Source: Eledone cirrhosa
Taxonomy: Eukaryota
Assembly (NCBI GenBank): GCA_964016885.1
Contig: OZ024746.1
Location: 33,294,001-33,358,000, forward strand
Reading direction: 5' to 3'
DNA: 64,000 nucleotides
Position numbers and translations under genes: made by a program. A model generated the notes under the pieces. It made no database searches and was not told the DNA's origin. It was given only the letters and a program-made list of their open reading frames with translations. Below, piece by piece: positions 38,023-51,192 of this stretch (its first letter is position 1; the number at the start of each line of letters is the position of its first letter).

Positions 38023-41000
38023 CGCTGAGGATGTGTGTGTTAAGGTTTGTAACGGATTCACGTCCACAATTTCCAACGGATTCTATTTAAAGTCGGGACA
38101 ATTATTGCTTATGGTCAGAAAAAGGTCATGAAGCAAACCAATTTCAAATCCATCAACAACAAGGGCAAACATCGATCATGATCATTCCCCCTCTCTATAA
38201 TTTAACTGCTTTACTCTCTCTGTCGCTCTTCACTCCCTATATGACAACACTGCAGCTTATCTGGGGCATTTTCAATCGGCTTATTGCAAATAACAACCCG
38301 CAAAGTAACACTTCATAAAACAAATTAATGCTTTAGACATATGAATCGGAATGTAACCCGTGAACTTTTTCCTGGGTGAAATTATTTGAACATACATGAC
38401 CTCATTGCCAGAGTGTTCAGACTGAAACTGGCTAAACTCATGGCTTTAATCAAAAAGGGTCAGGTATTTGGGGCTGTAAAATATAACATGTTCACCGTCG
38501 AAAAACGAGGGCTGCCACATGCTCACATTTTGATTTGGCTAGCTGATAAAATCAATTCAAATGCCATAGACAGCTTCATTTCGGCTGAAATCCCTAACCC
38601 AGCAACTGACCAGGAATTACATGACACCGTTAAAGCTAACATGGTCCGTATGCGTCGGGTCCTAATGAGCATCACACGTGTCTGAAAGGGGGGGGGGGTC
38701 GTGCAGTAAGAGATACCCAAACAAATTTGTTGACCAGACTCAGACTGGTGGCGACGGGTACCACCTGTACAGGCGGAGACATCTCGAGAACAGTGGCTTC
38801 ACCACAACAGTAAAGGGAGGTCAAGTCGACAATAGATGGGTGGTCCCTTACTGCCCGCTTCTCTTGAAGATGTTCAACGCCCACATCAACGTTGAGTTTT
38901 GCAACTCCGACAAGTCGATAAAATACATATGCAAATATGTAAATAAGAGCTCTGATGCCGCAATGTTCGTATTTCAAGCTGAAAATAACAGGGACGAGGT
39001 CAGAGAATATCTGGCGGGGCGGTACATCAGTGGCAATGAAGCTTTTTGGCGCCTATTTGGTTTACCCCTACACCAATGTCACCACGCCATTATACAGCTT
39101 GCGGTACATTTGGAAAATGGGCAAAGGGTTTACCTTACGGACCAAACGGCTGCCAAGTTGACCGCCGATCAGAAAGAGACCACTATGACGGGTTTCTTCA
39201 AACTTTGCCAGTTCGATACATTTGCGCAAACAATTGTGTACCCCCAGGTTCCATCCTACTTTATATGGTCGAAAAACACTTGGGTGCGAAGAAAGTCAGG
39301 TCAGGCTGTTGAAAGACATCCTGGTGTAAAATTTGATATCTGATACGTACCGGGAAGCCTGCTTTAAGCGTGGTCTTTTGGGAGATGATGCGCAATGGGA
39401 TTCCACTTTAGCAGAGGGCGCTTTTATGAAATCACCTAAAGGTCTACGGGAACTCTTTGCCATTTTGCTTCAAAAGTGTGAATTGCGTGATCCCAAATCT
39501 TTATGGGTCTAGTACAGAGACTTCATGTCTGAGGAATTCCTGCGCCTGGCTCATCTGCAGTATACTTCAGTGGAAGTTGGTTACAGCGACATTATCTACA
39601 ACAGGGCAGTCATTGATATCGAGGACGCTCTCCTCGGCATGGGTGGGAGTGAGTTGGCGACGTATGGCTTGCCGTCAACCGTCAGAGAGGAAGCTAACAC
39701 GTTGGCCCTGGATTTGTTGCGGAAAATAGCATATAACATTGAATCTCTTTCCCAATACTTAGAGGAAAATGAGCCCAAACTTCTGTCGGACCAAAGGTTG
39801 GCCTATTTAACTGTCATTGACGCGGTTCAAAATCAGATTGGGGTAGGTATTTACTTTCTCGATGCTCCTGGGTGTACTGGAAAAACTTTTGTAACGAAAT
39901 TGATTCTCGCTAAGATTCGTCAGGAGAAAGAAATTGCGTTAGCCGTTGCATCGTCCGGGATCGCTGCTACTTTGCAGCCGGGAGGCACGACAGCACATTC
40001 AACCTTTAAACTCCCCTTGGCTTCAGTAAAAACTGAGACACCAATATGCAATATCAGCAAGAGTTCACACGAAGCTCTGGTTCTCAAAAAATGTTGCCTC
40101 ATTGTTTGGGATGAGTGCACAATGGCACACAAGGATGTCCTTGAGCCATTGGACTGAACACTGAAAGACATTAGGGATTATACGGCTCCTATGGGTGGCG
40201 TAACCCTTCTGCTATCAGGGGATTTTCGGCAAACGCTGCCTGTCATCCCCAAAGGGACAAGAGCTGGTGAAGTGCGTGCCTGCCTTAAGTCGTCCATGTT
40301 GTGGCTCTAGGTGAAGAGTTTGTATCTCAGCACAAATATGCGTGCTCATTTGCATGGTGACAACATGTCTGCAGCATTTGCTCAGAACATTTTAGCACTT
40401 GGTGAGGGCAAGGTCACTGCGGATGACAAGGGCGGCATAACAATCGACTCCCTATGCAACATTGTGAGCAGCTCTTCTGACCTTTGGGAAGCAGTTTTTC
40501 CTAATGTCTCATCTAACTTTAAAAACCTCGATTGGCTCAGCGAAAGAGCCATCCTTGCTCCGAAAAATACCATGGTTAATTTTATTAACGAGCAGCTGAT
40601 TGAGAAGATTCCCGGTAAAGAGCCACCTTCAAATCTATCGATAATTATCCGGTTGAGTTATTAAATTCCCTTGAGCCCCCAGGGCTCCCACCTCACACAT
40701 TCTTAAGCTTAGGGTTGGCTGTCCCATTATGTTAATAAGGAACTTGCGTCCACCAAAGCAGTGCATCGGTACTCGCATGGTCGTCAAGTCACTGACGCCC
40801 CACTTGATTAAGGCCACCATTGTAACGGGGTGCGGGAGAGGGGAGAATGCTTTCATTCCAAGGATGAACCTTTTCCCCTCGCAGTCAGATTTCCCGTTCG
40901 ATTTCCGGCGATCCCAATTCCCGGTGAGACCATGTTTTGCCATGTCCATTAACAAGTACCATGGGCAAATATTGTCGGTGGCGGGCATCCATTTGGGGGA

Positions 41001-41436
41001 GCCAGGCTTCTCCCATGGCCAACCTTATGTTGCCTGTTCCCGCATAGGGAATAGAAATGGACTTTTTGCTTACACTCCTCAGGGGATGACACGCAATATC
41101 GTCTACAAAGAGGTGCTATAGATGTTGGTGCAGGTGTTGGACGTGTTGGAGCTATGTCGTCAGGAAAACTGGTAGGGTCACCCCTGGCGGACAGATCTGA
41201 CACCCAGCGGCATCAGGGTTACCATCTCGCAACTTTGGTCTGCTAAATTCGGTATTGGAAGATTATTAACCCATCATTGATTGTCCAAAATGGTAATTGG
41301 TTCGTAACTTTTAATAACCAGTTCAACTGCTTTATGCACTTAATTGATAAGCTTATTCGCTTTCAAGCCACGTTTACCTGTATGTAACTTTTCATAGCAA
41401 ATGAACAAACCCGAGCAACGTGGGGCTAAACTGGTA

Positions 41437-41437
<1 letters not shown>
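38012..41437 (+). mobile_element. Internally deleted Helitron between (TA)n tracts
   Basis: Rep/helicase remnants; 3' degenerate hairpin cccgagcaacgtgggg (41410-41425) followed by CTGGTAG|T; 5' end atatataacgctgaggatgtgtgtgt typical of Helitrons. Confidence 0.85.
38386..41121 (+). pseudogene. Helitron RepHel (HUH Rep + PIF1-like helicase), fragmented
   Basis: KRGLPHAHILIW (HUH), DNRWVVPY..HINVE..IKYICKYVNK, LAVHLENGQ, DAPGCTGKT, AVASSGIAA, IVWDEC, GDFRQTLPV, QFPVRPCFAMSINK. Confidence 0.93.
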
Positions 41438-41528
<91 letters not shown>

Positions 41529-42265
41529 ATCTCTTTCTTTCTATCGTCCCCCTTTATCTACACACACACACACATATATGTATGTGTACATATATATATA
41601 TAATGATAGATATGTATACGATACCTGTTTGATAAAATGTCATATATATAACATATTTCATAACAAGTTTTGTATAAAGACTAGTTAACGTAGGACGTTG
41701 CAGTATTCAGTTAATATTGACTCGTTCTGAATATTGTAGGTAAAAATCCATTCCTTTTAAAACTCTCTAGCGTCGCTTGACATTGTTATGTTTTCAAATC
41801 CTGAGGCGCATAGGAAATTACATGACATAAAAGTCTGTAATGTTGCCACGTTATCTAATTACTACAAACCACGAGCAATTTAAGAAACACGATAATTGAA
41901 TTCAAACATCAAATATTATATACATAAAAAAAGGAATGAATATACATCTTTGAGTATTTTTCTAGGGAAGTTTACAGTTTATACGATATTTCTTCAGTAC
42001 GTATAACTATATAATAGTAGAGGAGAAATATGACAACGAAATGTATCACGAAGTAGAAAAGGAATAAAGAGGAATAGTGGAACATCTCTAAATGTTTTCC
42101 TATTTACGTGCAAAGTTAATATTACTTCAGTTAGAAATCTCATTTAATATCCATATCCAGAAAGACAGATATATAGATAAATAGGCATGATATATATATA
42201 TACATAAATTCTTGAAGAAACAGGGAGCTGTGTGGTTACTTGATAATGTGTATTTAAAAACAAGG

Positions 42266-42395
42266 GGAAAGTACAAACGTGGGACATTCCCTTCATCAGT
42301 TGTCTGAGAACACAGACATTTCAACGTATTAGACCGTAATATCCAGAGGACAACTAATGAAGGGAATGTCCCCCGTTTGTGCGTTCCTCTTATTT
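42266..42395. repeat. Imperfect inverted repeat (~45-bp arms)
   Basis: acaaacgtgggacattcccttcatcagttgtc vs gacaactaatgaagggaatgtcccccgtttgt. Confidence 0.8.
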
Positions 42396-42398
42396 AAA

Positions 42399-42452
<54 letters not shown>

Positions 42453-42504
42453 AAGATTGAAGAATAACATGGTCGGCTGTACAACAAGGGGCTTTATTTC
42501 AAGT

Positions 42505-42612
42505 ATTAACAATTGTTTCATTGATCAGGTAAGTCTAATGGCCGCTAATCACTCGAAGTTGCGTCACTCGACCTTAAATACAGTGTTTACCTCAGATCAA
42601 ATCCTGAATTAT
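42505..42612 (-). ncRNA. Decayed long-stem-II hammerhead relic in a (TA)n-bounded PLE terminal piece
   Basis: Minus strand: att CAGGA t ttgatc..aggtaa ... ttacct gatcaa t GAAAC AATT GTT aat; the CUGANGA core is damaged. Confidence 0.5.
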
Positions 42613-42733
42613 CGCGAACTCGCTACCTAACTATGGAAACATCTTGTTGTGTCAAACAGAGCCGTTAAAACTATCCACAATACAAAGTACTCCCAACCTC
42701 TAACTGGATTACCTACAACGATAACTTGTTATC

Positions 42734-42779
<46 letters not shown>

Positions 42780-42884
42780 ATATATATATATATATATGTA
42801 AAAGGTAAACAGAAATAACAACACAATCGGTACAGTATATGGAAGGTATATATTAGGTTGACGCTTGATATAGTAGGAAGAGGG

Positions 42885-42920
42885 TCTTAACGTTTCGGAC
42901 GCTAGTCCTTCATCAGAAGA
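42885..42920 (-). ncRNA. Minimal type-I hammerhead ribozyme motif
   Basis: Minus strand: TCTT CTGATGA a GGAC tagc GTCC GAAAC GTT AAGA; perfect stems I and II, palindromic ACGT stem III. Confidence 0.85.
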
Positions 42921-43153
42921 AAGAATGAGAAATAAAGTAGATTTAGGGGACGGGCGGGATGGAATTGGAAAAAAATGTCTTTAGATACAAATAACAGGTC
43001 TATTCATGTTGATATCTCTTGCGAATGTGTTGGTACTGCCGTTTGGTGTATGATTTGATTTTTAGAAAAGTCGATGATGGCGCGCGTCTACCTGAAATGG
43101 AAAAAAAACCGTTTTGTTAAAAGAGCTATACTTGAGCACGTGCGTAAGCATGT

Positions 43154-43185
<32 letters not shown>

Positions 43186-43342
43186 CGTCCTGGCTACAGA
43201 GTCGACGAAGGCGGAGAAATTGGGAATAGGGCATGGAGTGTTTATATATATATATATATATATAGCTAATATTGGTAAGAAACAGTAAAACACACTAACT
43301 GTTTGGTTTGGTTTTCGCTTCAGTGTGTTTACTATTTTGTGG

Positions 43343-43570
43343 CAATATTAGGTGGATTGGCAGTATCGGTAGAGGGTCGAATGCCATGTTTTGCAACATA
43401 GAGTTACGGCCCTTTATGATCTGAGTTCAAATCCCGCCGAGGTTAACTTTGCCTTTCATCCTTATGGGGTCGATAAAATAAAGTACCAGTCACGTACTGA
43501 GGTCGATTTAATCGACTTCCCCTCCTCCCAAATTGCTGGCCTTGTGCCTATATAAGAAACCAATATTAGG
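43343..43570 (+). mobile_element. SINE with 10-bp target-site duplication, inserted in a family A/B PLE terminus
   Basis: CAATATTAGG at 43343-43352 and 43561-43570; the host continues as acaacatgaccctctccaaatataacaatat to ~43650. Confidence 0.88.
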
Positions 43571-44306
43571 ACAACATGACCCTCTCCAAATATAACAATA
43601 TCTATTTCAACACACAGTTTCATATCAAAAACATTGCAAAACAAATATACCATTGATATATAAGGGAACAAAGAATAAGTGTTGCATCATATACATATTT
43701 AATTACATATTACATATGATTCACAGTCGATCAGTTCGAGGAACGATCTATTAATGATCGAACCTGAGTCTGGAATCGGATGCTCCTCAGATACGTTTTA
43801 ATATGTAGGCCCGCGTCTGAGAGTGGATGAATATTTTCCTTCTTATAAATTATCACAAATTCTATCATATTGGCATTCAACCGTAATTGCTCATTGGTTT
43901 ATTTTTGGTCAGATAACGCAGGATCTCTTTATACATTATCGGCTATTATCACCATCCCGGTCAAAATGATGCGTGTATCCATGCTTGGCGACGCTTCCGC
44001 CTGGCAACCAGTGGCCCAATGTTTGAAGTCATCATTGAGGATATAAAGTAATACGAGAATACATTGTTAGTGAAAAGAAAGAGGTGATGCAGTTAAGATG
44101 TAGAATATATATGTAGGACTACCATGACAAGGATGTTTCGAAATTGCTGATAATCTGCGGCAAAATGTCCTCCATATATGTCTCCTCTGGGTGGTCCCCT
44201 TGAACGCCCAGACCTGCCCCGTGCCAAAGTCACACATACATTCCACTAAATCTCTACAGGAAGCAAGCGTTGTTATCTGTCCGCCTTTCGCTGTGACCAC
44301 ATGCTG

Positions 44307-44342
<36 letters not shown>

Positions 44343-44606
44343 TTTTCTTTATTAACCACAAGGGTTCACATAAAGTAGACATTAAGGACAGTACAGGACA
44401 ATACAGGACGGTACAAATGGGCATTTCTGCGTGTAAAAAACAAAGACAGAGGATGTAACAAAAAAATAACAATGAAAAATTCCCCAATAGGGGGGAGACT
44501 TCGGAGGGACATTTGTGGAGAAAGCCCAGTAAAAGGCCACAGTGACCCTGACCACCAAGGCAAGTGCCCTCTCCCAGTTTTCCACCTTTAATTTACAGAT
44601 ATATGC

Positions 44607-47600
44607 TCAGAGTAACCCATTCACTTGGGCCATTCTTGCTTCTCTCACCCATCTTTCAACAAAATGCTGGGAAGAGAGCACTTCCCTCTCTACGCTGATT
44701 TTCCTTTTCAAATGAAATTTGAAAAAGTCAATCAGAGCATCACCGAAGAGGTAAGTGCTCGTCTTCAGCCCTTTCAAACATGACCACCATACTATCTCTT
44801 TCGCCATGGCCACCAGACAGATAAAAACTGCCTGCCCTTCCCGGCTAAAGGAGGAGGGCGGGGCAATCCTCACGATGGACTCAGATGATAGCCGGATCCG
44901 TCCTAAACGCGACAGCAGGTGTTCGACATAAACCCACAAGTCAGCAATTTTCGGACACTGGACGAGTGCGTGAAGGACGGTTTCGTCGCCCTGCGCGCAT
45001 CTCGGACATGCCCGGCTGACGGCACCTCCATGCCTGTAGAATTTATCCCGAACTGGCAAGGCTTCTCGGTAGCACTGCCAGGCCAGAGATATCTGGAAGT
45101 TGTCCTTAGGCCCCGGCCCGAAAGTTCTTCCGAAGAGATTGGCTAGTTGATTTTCGTCGACGCCTAGAGTTTCCCCAAGTACGTCGTCGCTCTTCCCCTC
45201 CACTAATCCTCTATAGAACGCTGAGGTGGAGTTTCCACCGATCACATTGCCCGATTGGTCGAGGGCTATGAGCGCCTGAAGACATTCTAGTCTCCAGGCG
45301 CTCCCTCTCGGTCTTCGCTTGACCCAGGACTGCAGCTCCGTCAAGGAAACGAGCTGGGGAAATACGTGTCTAGCAAACGGCGACCACACCTGATCACCGT
45401 CGAGGAAGAGGTGGAGATGTCATAGCCTGAGCGCGTGCCTGCGCATCATCAGCCACGGCTTGCCGAGCCCTCCACGTAGCGGGTGTTGACAACAGATGGA
45501 CCGCCTGACCATCGGAGAGCGTCCCTTCCACAAAAAGCGAAAGAGCAAACGCTCCAGCGCAGTCAGGTGAGGCTTAGGACAAGGTACGACGGTCAGGCGG
45601 TAGCAGATGACAGATGCGATGTACGCGTTAGCCACCTCCACTCGACCTTTCAGGGATAGCTTCCTCTCCGCCCATTTCTGGGTGAGAGAAGCCACCCTGC
45701 ACGTCACTTCGTCCCAGTTTTTGTCCGTCTGGAGGTCCGGACCGAACCAGACCCCTAGCAATTTAACCGGTCCGTCCGTCCAGCATCCGACGACGCTGTT
45801 GGACGGCATGGACCTGCCTCTCCAGGTGCCGAGCTGCAGGCCCACTGACTTTTCCTGGTTGATCATTGCTCCTGTCACCGCTTCGTATTCTCTTAGTGTA
45901 GTGCCGATCGCCTCGATGTGTTTGGCGTTCGACACCACTACGGTGACATCGTCCGCATATGCTGACACGGATCTTCCGCATCCTAGTTCGCGCGGGATGC
46001 CCCTCAACGTCTCCAGTTTGTGCAGTAATGGCTCGAGAGTGCAGTAATGGTACAAGAGGGACGAGAGGGGACGTCCTTGGCGGACCGAGCGCATGATGTT
46101 GAACGGTTCCGACAGGTGACCGTTCACTCTGACCACAGAGCAGATGTCGCTGTGCATGGCAGCGATCCAGCCTCTGAAGACGGGCCCAAAGCCATCCGCC
46201 CTCAGGACTGCCGCTAGGTAACGATGGTCGACCCTATCGAAAGCTTTCGACTGATCTAAATTGATCAAGGACCCACCCGTGCCAGGTTCCCTAGCTACCC
46301 TCTCTACGATGTATCGCATGAGGTGGAGGTTGTCGTGTATGGATCTGTCGGGAATGGCGCATGTCTGCGCCTGTCCCGCCAGACCACCAACGACAAGCGC
46401 CAACATCTTTGCTAGCACCTTGGCCAAAATCTTGAACTCTGTGTTTAGCAGAGTTATGGACCGGAAATTATCTGTTATCCCCCTTGTTCGGATCCTTTCT
46501 CAGCAGTGCCACCGCTCCTCGGCTCACAGAACTGGGAATTCTTCCGTTCTGTTGCCAGTTGCAGTAGACGTCCGCCAAGAGGCCTCCGAACAAGTCTGGC
46601 ATCTGTACGTAAAGTTCATAGGGCAGACCCTCCAAACCAGGCGATTTACCCCTTGTGCAGCCAGTCATTGCCTCCCTTACTTCAGCGGCTGTTATCGGGT
46701 TTTCGCAACACTTCGCCTCAGTGGCCGTGAGCCGCGGCAGTCCGTCGAGGTAGACACTAAAGTCCATCCTTCGACCCGGCCCACCGCTGCCCTCGAACAG
46801 CTGAGCGAAGTGTCGCTGAAAAGCTTCACACATTTTCCCGGGATCCAGTAGCATGCGCCCGTCGTGGTCCACCAAAGACCGGATCGTGGTTTTGTTGCAA
46901 CGACGCGCCTCCGCCACTCGGGCCCATTGAACGGCTTTCGTCCCCTCGTGTCTGAGATCACGCAACCTTGCTCTGACAACGCAGCCTTCGTGCTTTGCAT
47001 TGAAGAATTGGTCAAGGGCCAATTTCGCCGCAAGCACGTCGGTCGCAATGCCTTTGCTAAGCGCCTCGTCTAATTTTCTAACTAGGTCTCCCCCTGCTCT
47101 ATTTTTCTCTATTGCTAAAGCCTTACTAAACCTAATGGATTCTATTCTAATCGCTCTTTTCAGAGCAAACCACCACTTGTTGTTGACGATCGCCCCCGTC
47201 AACGCCCGCTTAACTAGTTCGCTAATCCGGTCTCTGTAGGCCTTGCGCGCTTGTAAGCACGCGTTTAGCTTCCAGTAGCCGGGTCCTCGTCTATGAAGCC
47301 TATCTAAGTCAAGCACACAGATCACGAATTTGTGGTCCGTGTAGCTGACTATCTTGAATTGCTGACAGCCTATGCTAGACCTATCTATTTCCCTACAAAA
47401 TACTCTATCTAGATATGATCTGGATGACCCTATGCGATTTGTCCAGGTCCACGTTGGCACCTTCGGGAAATCCAATCGGTACCTGTCAGACATTTTAAAA
47501 CGCCTGAGCAGGTTGGTGAGGCTCTTGCACCCTCCACCCCTATCCGCTAATCCCACACAGTCCCAGCGTGCATCTAAGATTCCGTTCTAGTCGCCCACTA

Positions 47601-48012
47601 ACACTAAAGAGCGGGACGTTCCAAGAAAGGTCTCCAGACACCGGAAGAAATCAGGCCGCCGTGCTCCTGTCGGGGCATAGACGGCCACTAGCCTGAAAGC
47701 TTGCCCGTCTCCGCTGGTCACGTCCAGCACCACCAACTTACCCTCTGGGTCCAGGAAGATGGCCCGTATGGCGAGATCCAAACCTCTCCGAAAAAGCACA
47801 GCAACTCCTCCCCCCGATCCAGGACGGCTGGGAGATGCGTACACATCGTAGCCGCCGAAGATCGCTGCGAAGGCCCGTGCCTCGGAGATTCTGGTCTCGC
47901 TGATGGCCACTACATCTATGTTTAGTGACCTGAGGTCGTTGAGCAGGTGACCCTGCTTCCATGACGACCCCAAGCCACGCGCATTTATGCTGCCTATTCT
48001 GAGTGAGGTCAT
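44607..48012 (-). pseudogene. Tx1-like ORF2 (APE + RT + Cys domain), few disabling mutations
   Basis: GSINARGL, ISETR, VYAP, YTDH, GYWKLN, KSPGLEG, LDQSKAFDRV, VRQG.PLS, AYADD, CPRC..ETVLHAL.QC. Confidence 0.93.
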
Positions 48013-48043
48013 GTTTAAAATAGAGTGGAAAAGATGGGAAAGA

Positions 48044-50192
48044 CCACTTACCGTACTTTTCGTAGAGGAGGGATGGTTTTACATCCCTTTTCACTTGATC
48101 GTCTGGTGAAGGGACCGTTGAATCGTCCCTTCGGCTGGTCATCGGCTCTTCTATGAGTATGTCCGAATATACTCTTCGGTTGAAAGTTCCTCCTAGGTCT
48201 CTGAAATCACCAACTTCGTTGGGGAATTTCGTTTTAATGTTTGTGTATTGTTTCTGTGCTATTTTTAGCAGTCTTATGTTAGTTGGCGTTTTGATTGGTG
48301 CTCGTATTATGTAGTCGTGTTGTGAAATGTCTGTGTGTTCAGTTATGTAAGTCATTAGTTTCTTGTTGTGTGTATTTATTGCCGTGCATTTGTTTTTCTG
48401 GGGGTGGGGTGTGGTTCTGCTATTTTCTTGTCGTTTTTGCTGGGTGTGTGTGTTTTGTTGTTGTGTTTGCGATGTTGGTGCTTGTGGTGGTGGTGTTGAA
48501 GTTGTTGTTGTTGTTGGCGGTGGGGTTGTCGCCGGTGGTGCTGGTGGTGCTAGTGTGGGTGGTGACGGTGTTGCTGCTGTGAGTCTCTTTGCAGTAGACT
48601 TTACCCTTTTTTCATTTCTTTCCTCCCTTTTCAAAGGCGACGATGCGCTGCTTCTGCGTTTGTGCCTTCTTACGACCTTTTGCCATCCCTCTCCCACCTC
48701 ACACTCCATGTCTGATTCTGTGAGGTCGGGGAGGGGTACCAGCTCCACTCTTTCACTTGTTGTTGTTGGTGATGTTTGCACTGGAGTCTCTGTTGCAGCT
48801 GCATTTGGTATTGCTGTTGTTGTTGTTGTTAATACTTCCACTGCTGCTGCTGTTTTTGATTTCCGTGGCGTGGGTATGGGTGCTACGGACCTATCGTTCC
48901 TGGTTCCCGCTTGTCCTGTTGCTGGTAGCCGTGGAGCCGGTTTCGGAAGGAGGGGGGTTTTCTCCTTTCTCAGGGCCTTCTCGTTGCAGAAGGCTCTGAG
49001 GTGAGTCTTCGATCCACAGCGAAAGCATTTCGGGCGTTTGCCCTCAACACTTATGGGCAGTTGAGTGCCGTTATCGAAGTCTATCACATCCGGGATAGCT
49101 TCGATGCACTCCTGGTTGGTTTGGATTAACATCTCAATGGAGGTGCCGATCCAATCTTCTCTTACTTTTATCTGTACTTGCAGTACAGTTGTTTTGTTCT
49201 CGATTCCGACGAGAACAGACGCGGCCAACCAAGAAGGGGCCATTCGGGGGGGGGGGGGGGGGGGGGGCGTGGGTCAGTTTGACCCTCACAATTTTTTTCC
49301 CGCAGTAGGAGGGCACCAACACTATTTCCTCGCTCCTTAGGGTCACTACGGATTGAGCCTTTGCCTCCTGGGGTGTGGCAAAAAGTACGTCTACGGTGGC
49401 ATATTTCTTGCCTCGGGTGATGTGTGTTTTCCTCTGCCACACAGACCCCAAGGCTTTTTGTATTTGAGCCTCTGTGGCTCTTTCCACCCTACGGGATTTT
49501 GTACTTACTGTACGGTATGTGACCGTACAGTGCTGTTGGGTTTCGAAAAATTTTTCCGCTGCCTTGCAGATTGCTCGGTGTCCAGTCTTTGTGACCATCT
49601 TCTTCGCTTCCTCTAATTCCTCATTTGTTATGAGGATTGTTTCCAGGTTCTTCGCGATACCTGCAAACGAGATTGCTTTTTCTTTGCTGCTGTTGTTGTT
49701 GTTGTTGTCGTCAGAGCTGCTGTTACTTTTGTTGTTGCTGCAGGTACTACGACTACTGCCGCCGCCGCTGTTGCTGTGGTTGTTGTTGTTGCTGCTGCTA
49801 ATGCTGTTGTTGTTTATGCTGCTGTTGATGCTGTTGCGGCTGCTACTGTTGTTTTCATTGTCACTGTTGCTGTTGTTATTACGGCTGCTACTGCTATTAT
49901 TCCTGACGTCAGACGAATGAAATGGGTTTTCGTATTTCCCGTACACCTGTTTCGTCGTCGTTGTCGTCGTCGTCGTGGAGAAATCTTGCACGCTTTGCAC
50001 GAGACTTTTCTTTTCTGTCGTCGCTTGCGAAAGAGAAGGGAGGGAGAGAGACACATTTAAAGAGGGGAGGGAGAGAGACACATTTAAAGAAGGGAGGGAG
50101 AGAGACACTCTTCTATCTGCTGTAGTGACGATTGAGGAAGAAGAAGACGGAATGAGTGGGAGTGACCTATGAAAATTCTTTTTCGTAGCCAT
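48044..50192 (-). pseudogene. Tx1-like ORF1 with CCHC knuckle; frameshift in poly-C run at ~49246-49267
   Basis: ATG 50192; 27-bp repeats (SLSLPSLNV), N/S-rich tract, SFA motif, RRM-like region, CFRCGSKTHLRAFC, GWQKVVRR; homologous end YGK then TGG where copy A has TAA. Confidence 0.85.
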
Positions 50193-50687
50193 GTTGTTTT
50201 TTTTTTGTTTAAAATAAATATTGGGCACAAAACCCCAATAAGCAGTTATTTAACCCCGAAGGGCCAAATAACGGGCAGAAAGACCCCTCTCACGAGGAAG
50301 AGGGTGTTTTTGTCTACAAGTTGGTAAAAGTTTTAAACAATTTGCAATTGTTATAGCGTTCAAAACTTACAATACCTTAAAGAGCCGAGCCTCCGTCCAC
50401 CATAGCATTCAATAATAATAATAATAATAATAATCTTAATGTTTTAATTAGGAATTTTTAAACATGCTGTAAACATGTTTATTAAAATTATACAATATAT
50501 ACGAAATGTGACATACAATTACGCCAAGGCATCCTGAATTTTGCGAGTCGGTAAACACGCATTTGCTTATACGCTTATAAAGACATTTGCATATACGAGC
50601 ATACATACTCTTTCAACACTCCATTCAGAAGCGAAATGACACGTATACTACACAAACATATGTATATATATATATATATATATACTC

Positions 50688-50826
<139 letters not shown>

Positions 50827-51150
50827 ATATATGAGAAAGCAAACAAAACATCATTCACTTCTAAAATAAATACCACACAAATAAGTTAAAAAAGAAAATG
50901 ATTAAATATGTTTATTAATTTTTAAATATGCATATATATGAGTGTGTCTTTGTTGCGTGCTGGTATTTGTTTTTCTTTTGTGTATATTTACATATATATT
51001 TACATATAATATATGTAAATAAATAAATATATATGAACACGTTCACCCCCCTCCCCTTCACCCATTTACACATATGTAAATATATATATGAGATATGAGT
51101 GTGTGTATATATGTATGTATGCGTATATATATATACACACACACACACAG

Positions 51151-51192
<42 letters not shown>

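Larger units (their letters stand above)
44342..50410 (-). mobile_element. Near full-length Tx1/L1-clade non-LTR retrotransposon (copy B, different subfamily), flanked by (ATT)n
   Basis: 5'UTR, ORF1, ORF2, AATAAA 44348-44353; (AAT)n at 44307-44341 and 50411-50434. Confidence 0.93.

Noticed and set aside
42285-42375. CTGATGA in the inverted repeat as a hammerhead
   Set aside because: No correctly placed GAAA, stem II or stem III could be assigned.
48295-49004. Long antisense ORFs over Tx1 ORF1 (also 7356-8553)
   Set aside because: Shadow frames of ACA/CCA-rich coding sequence; not conserved between the two copies.
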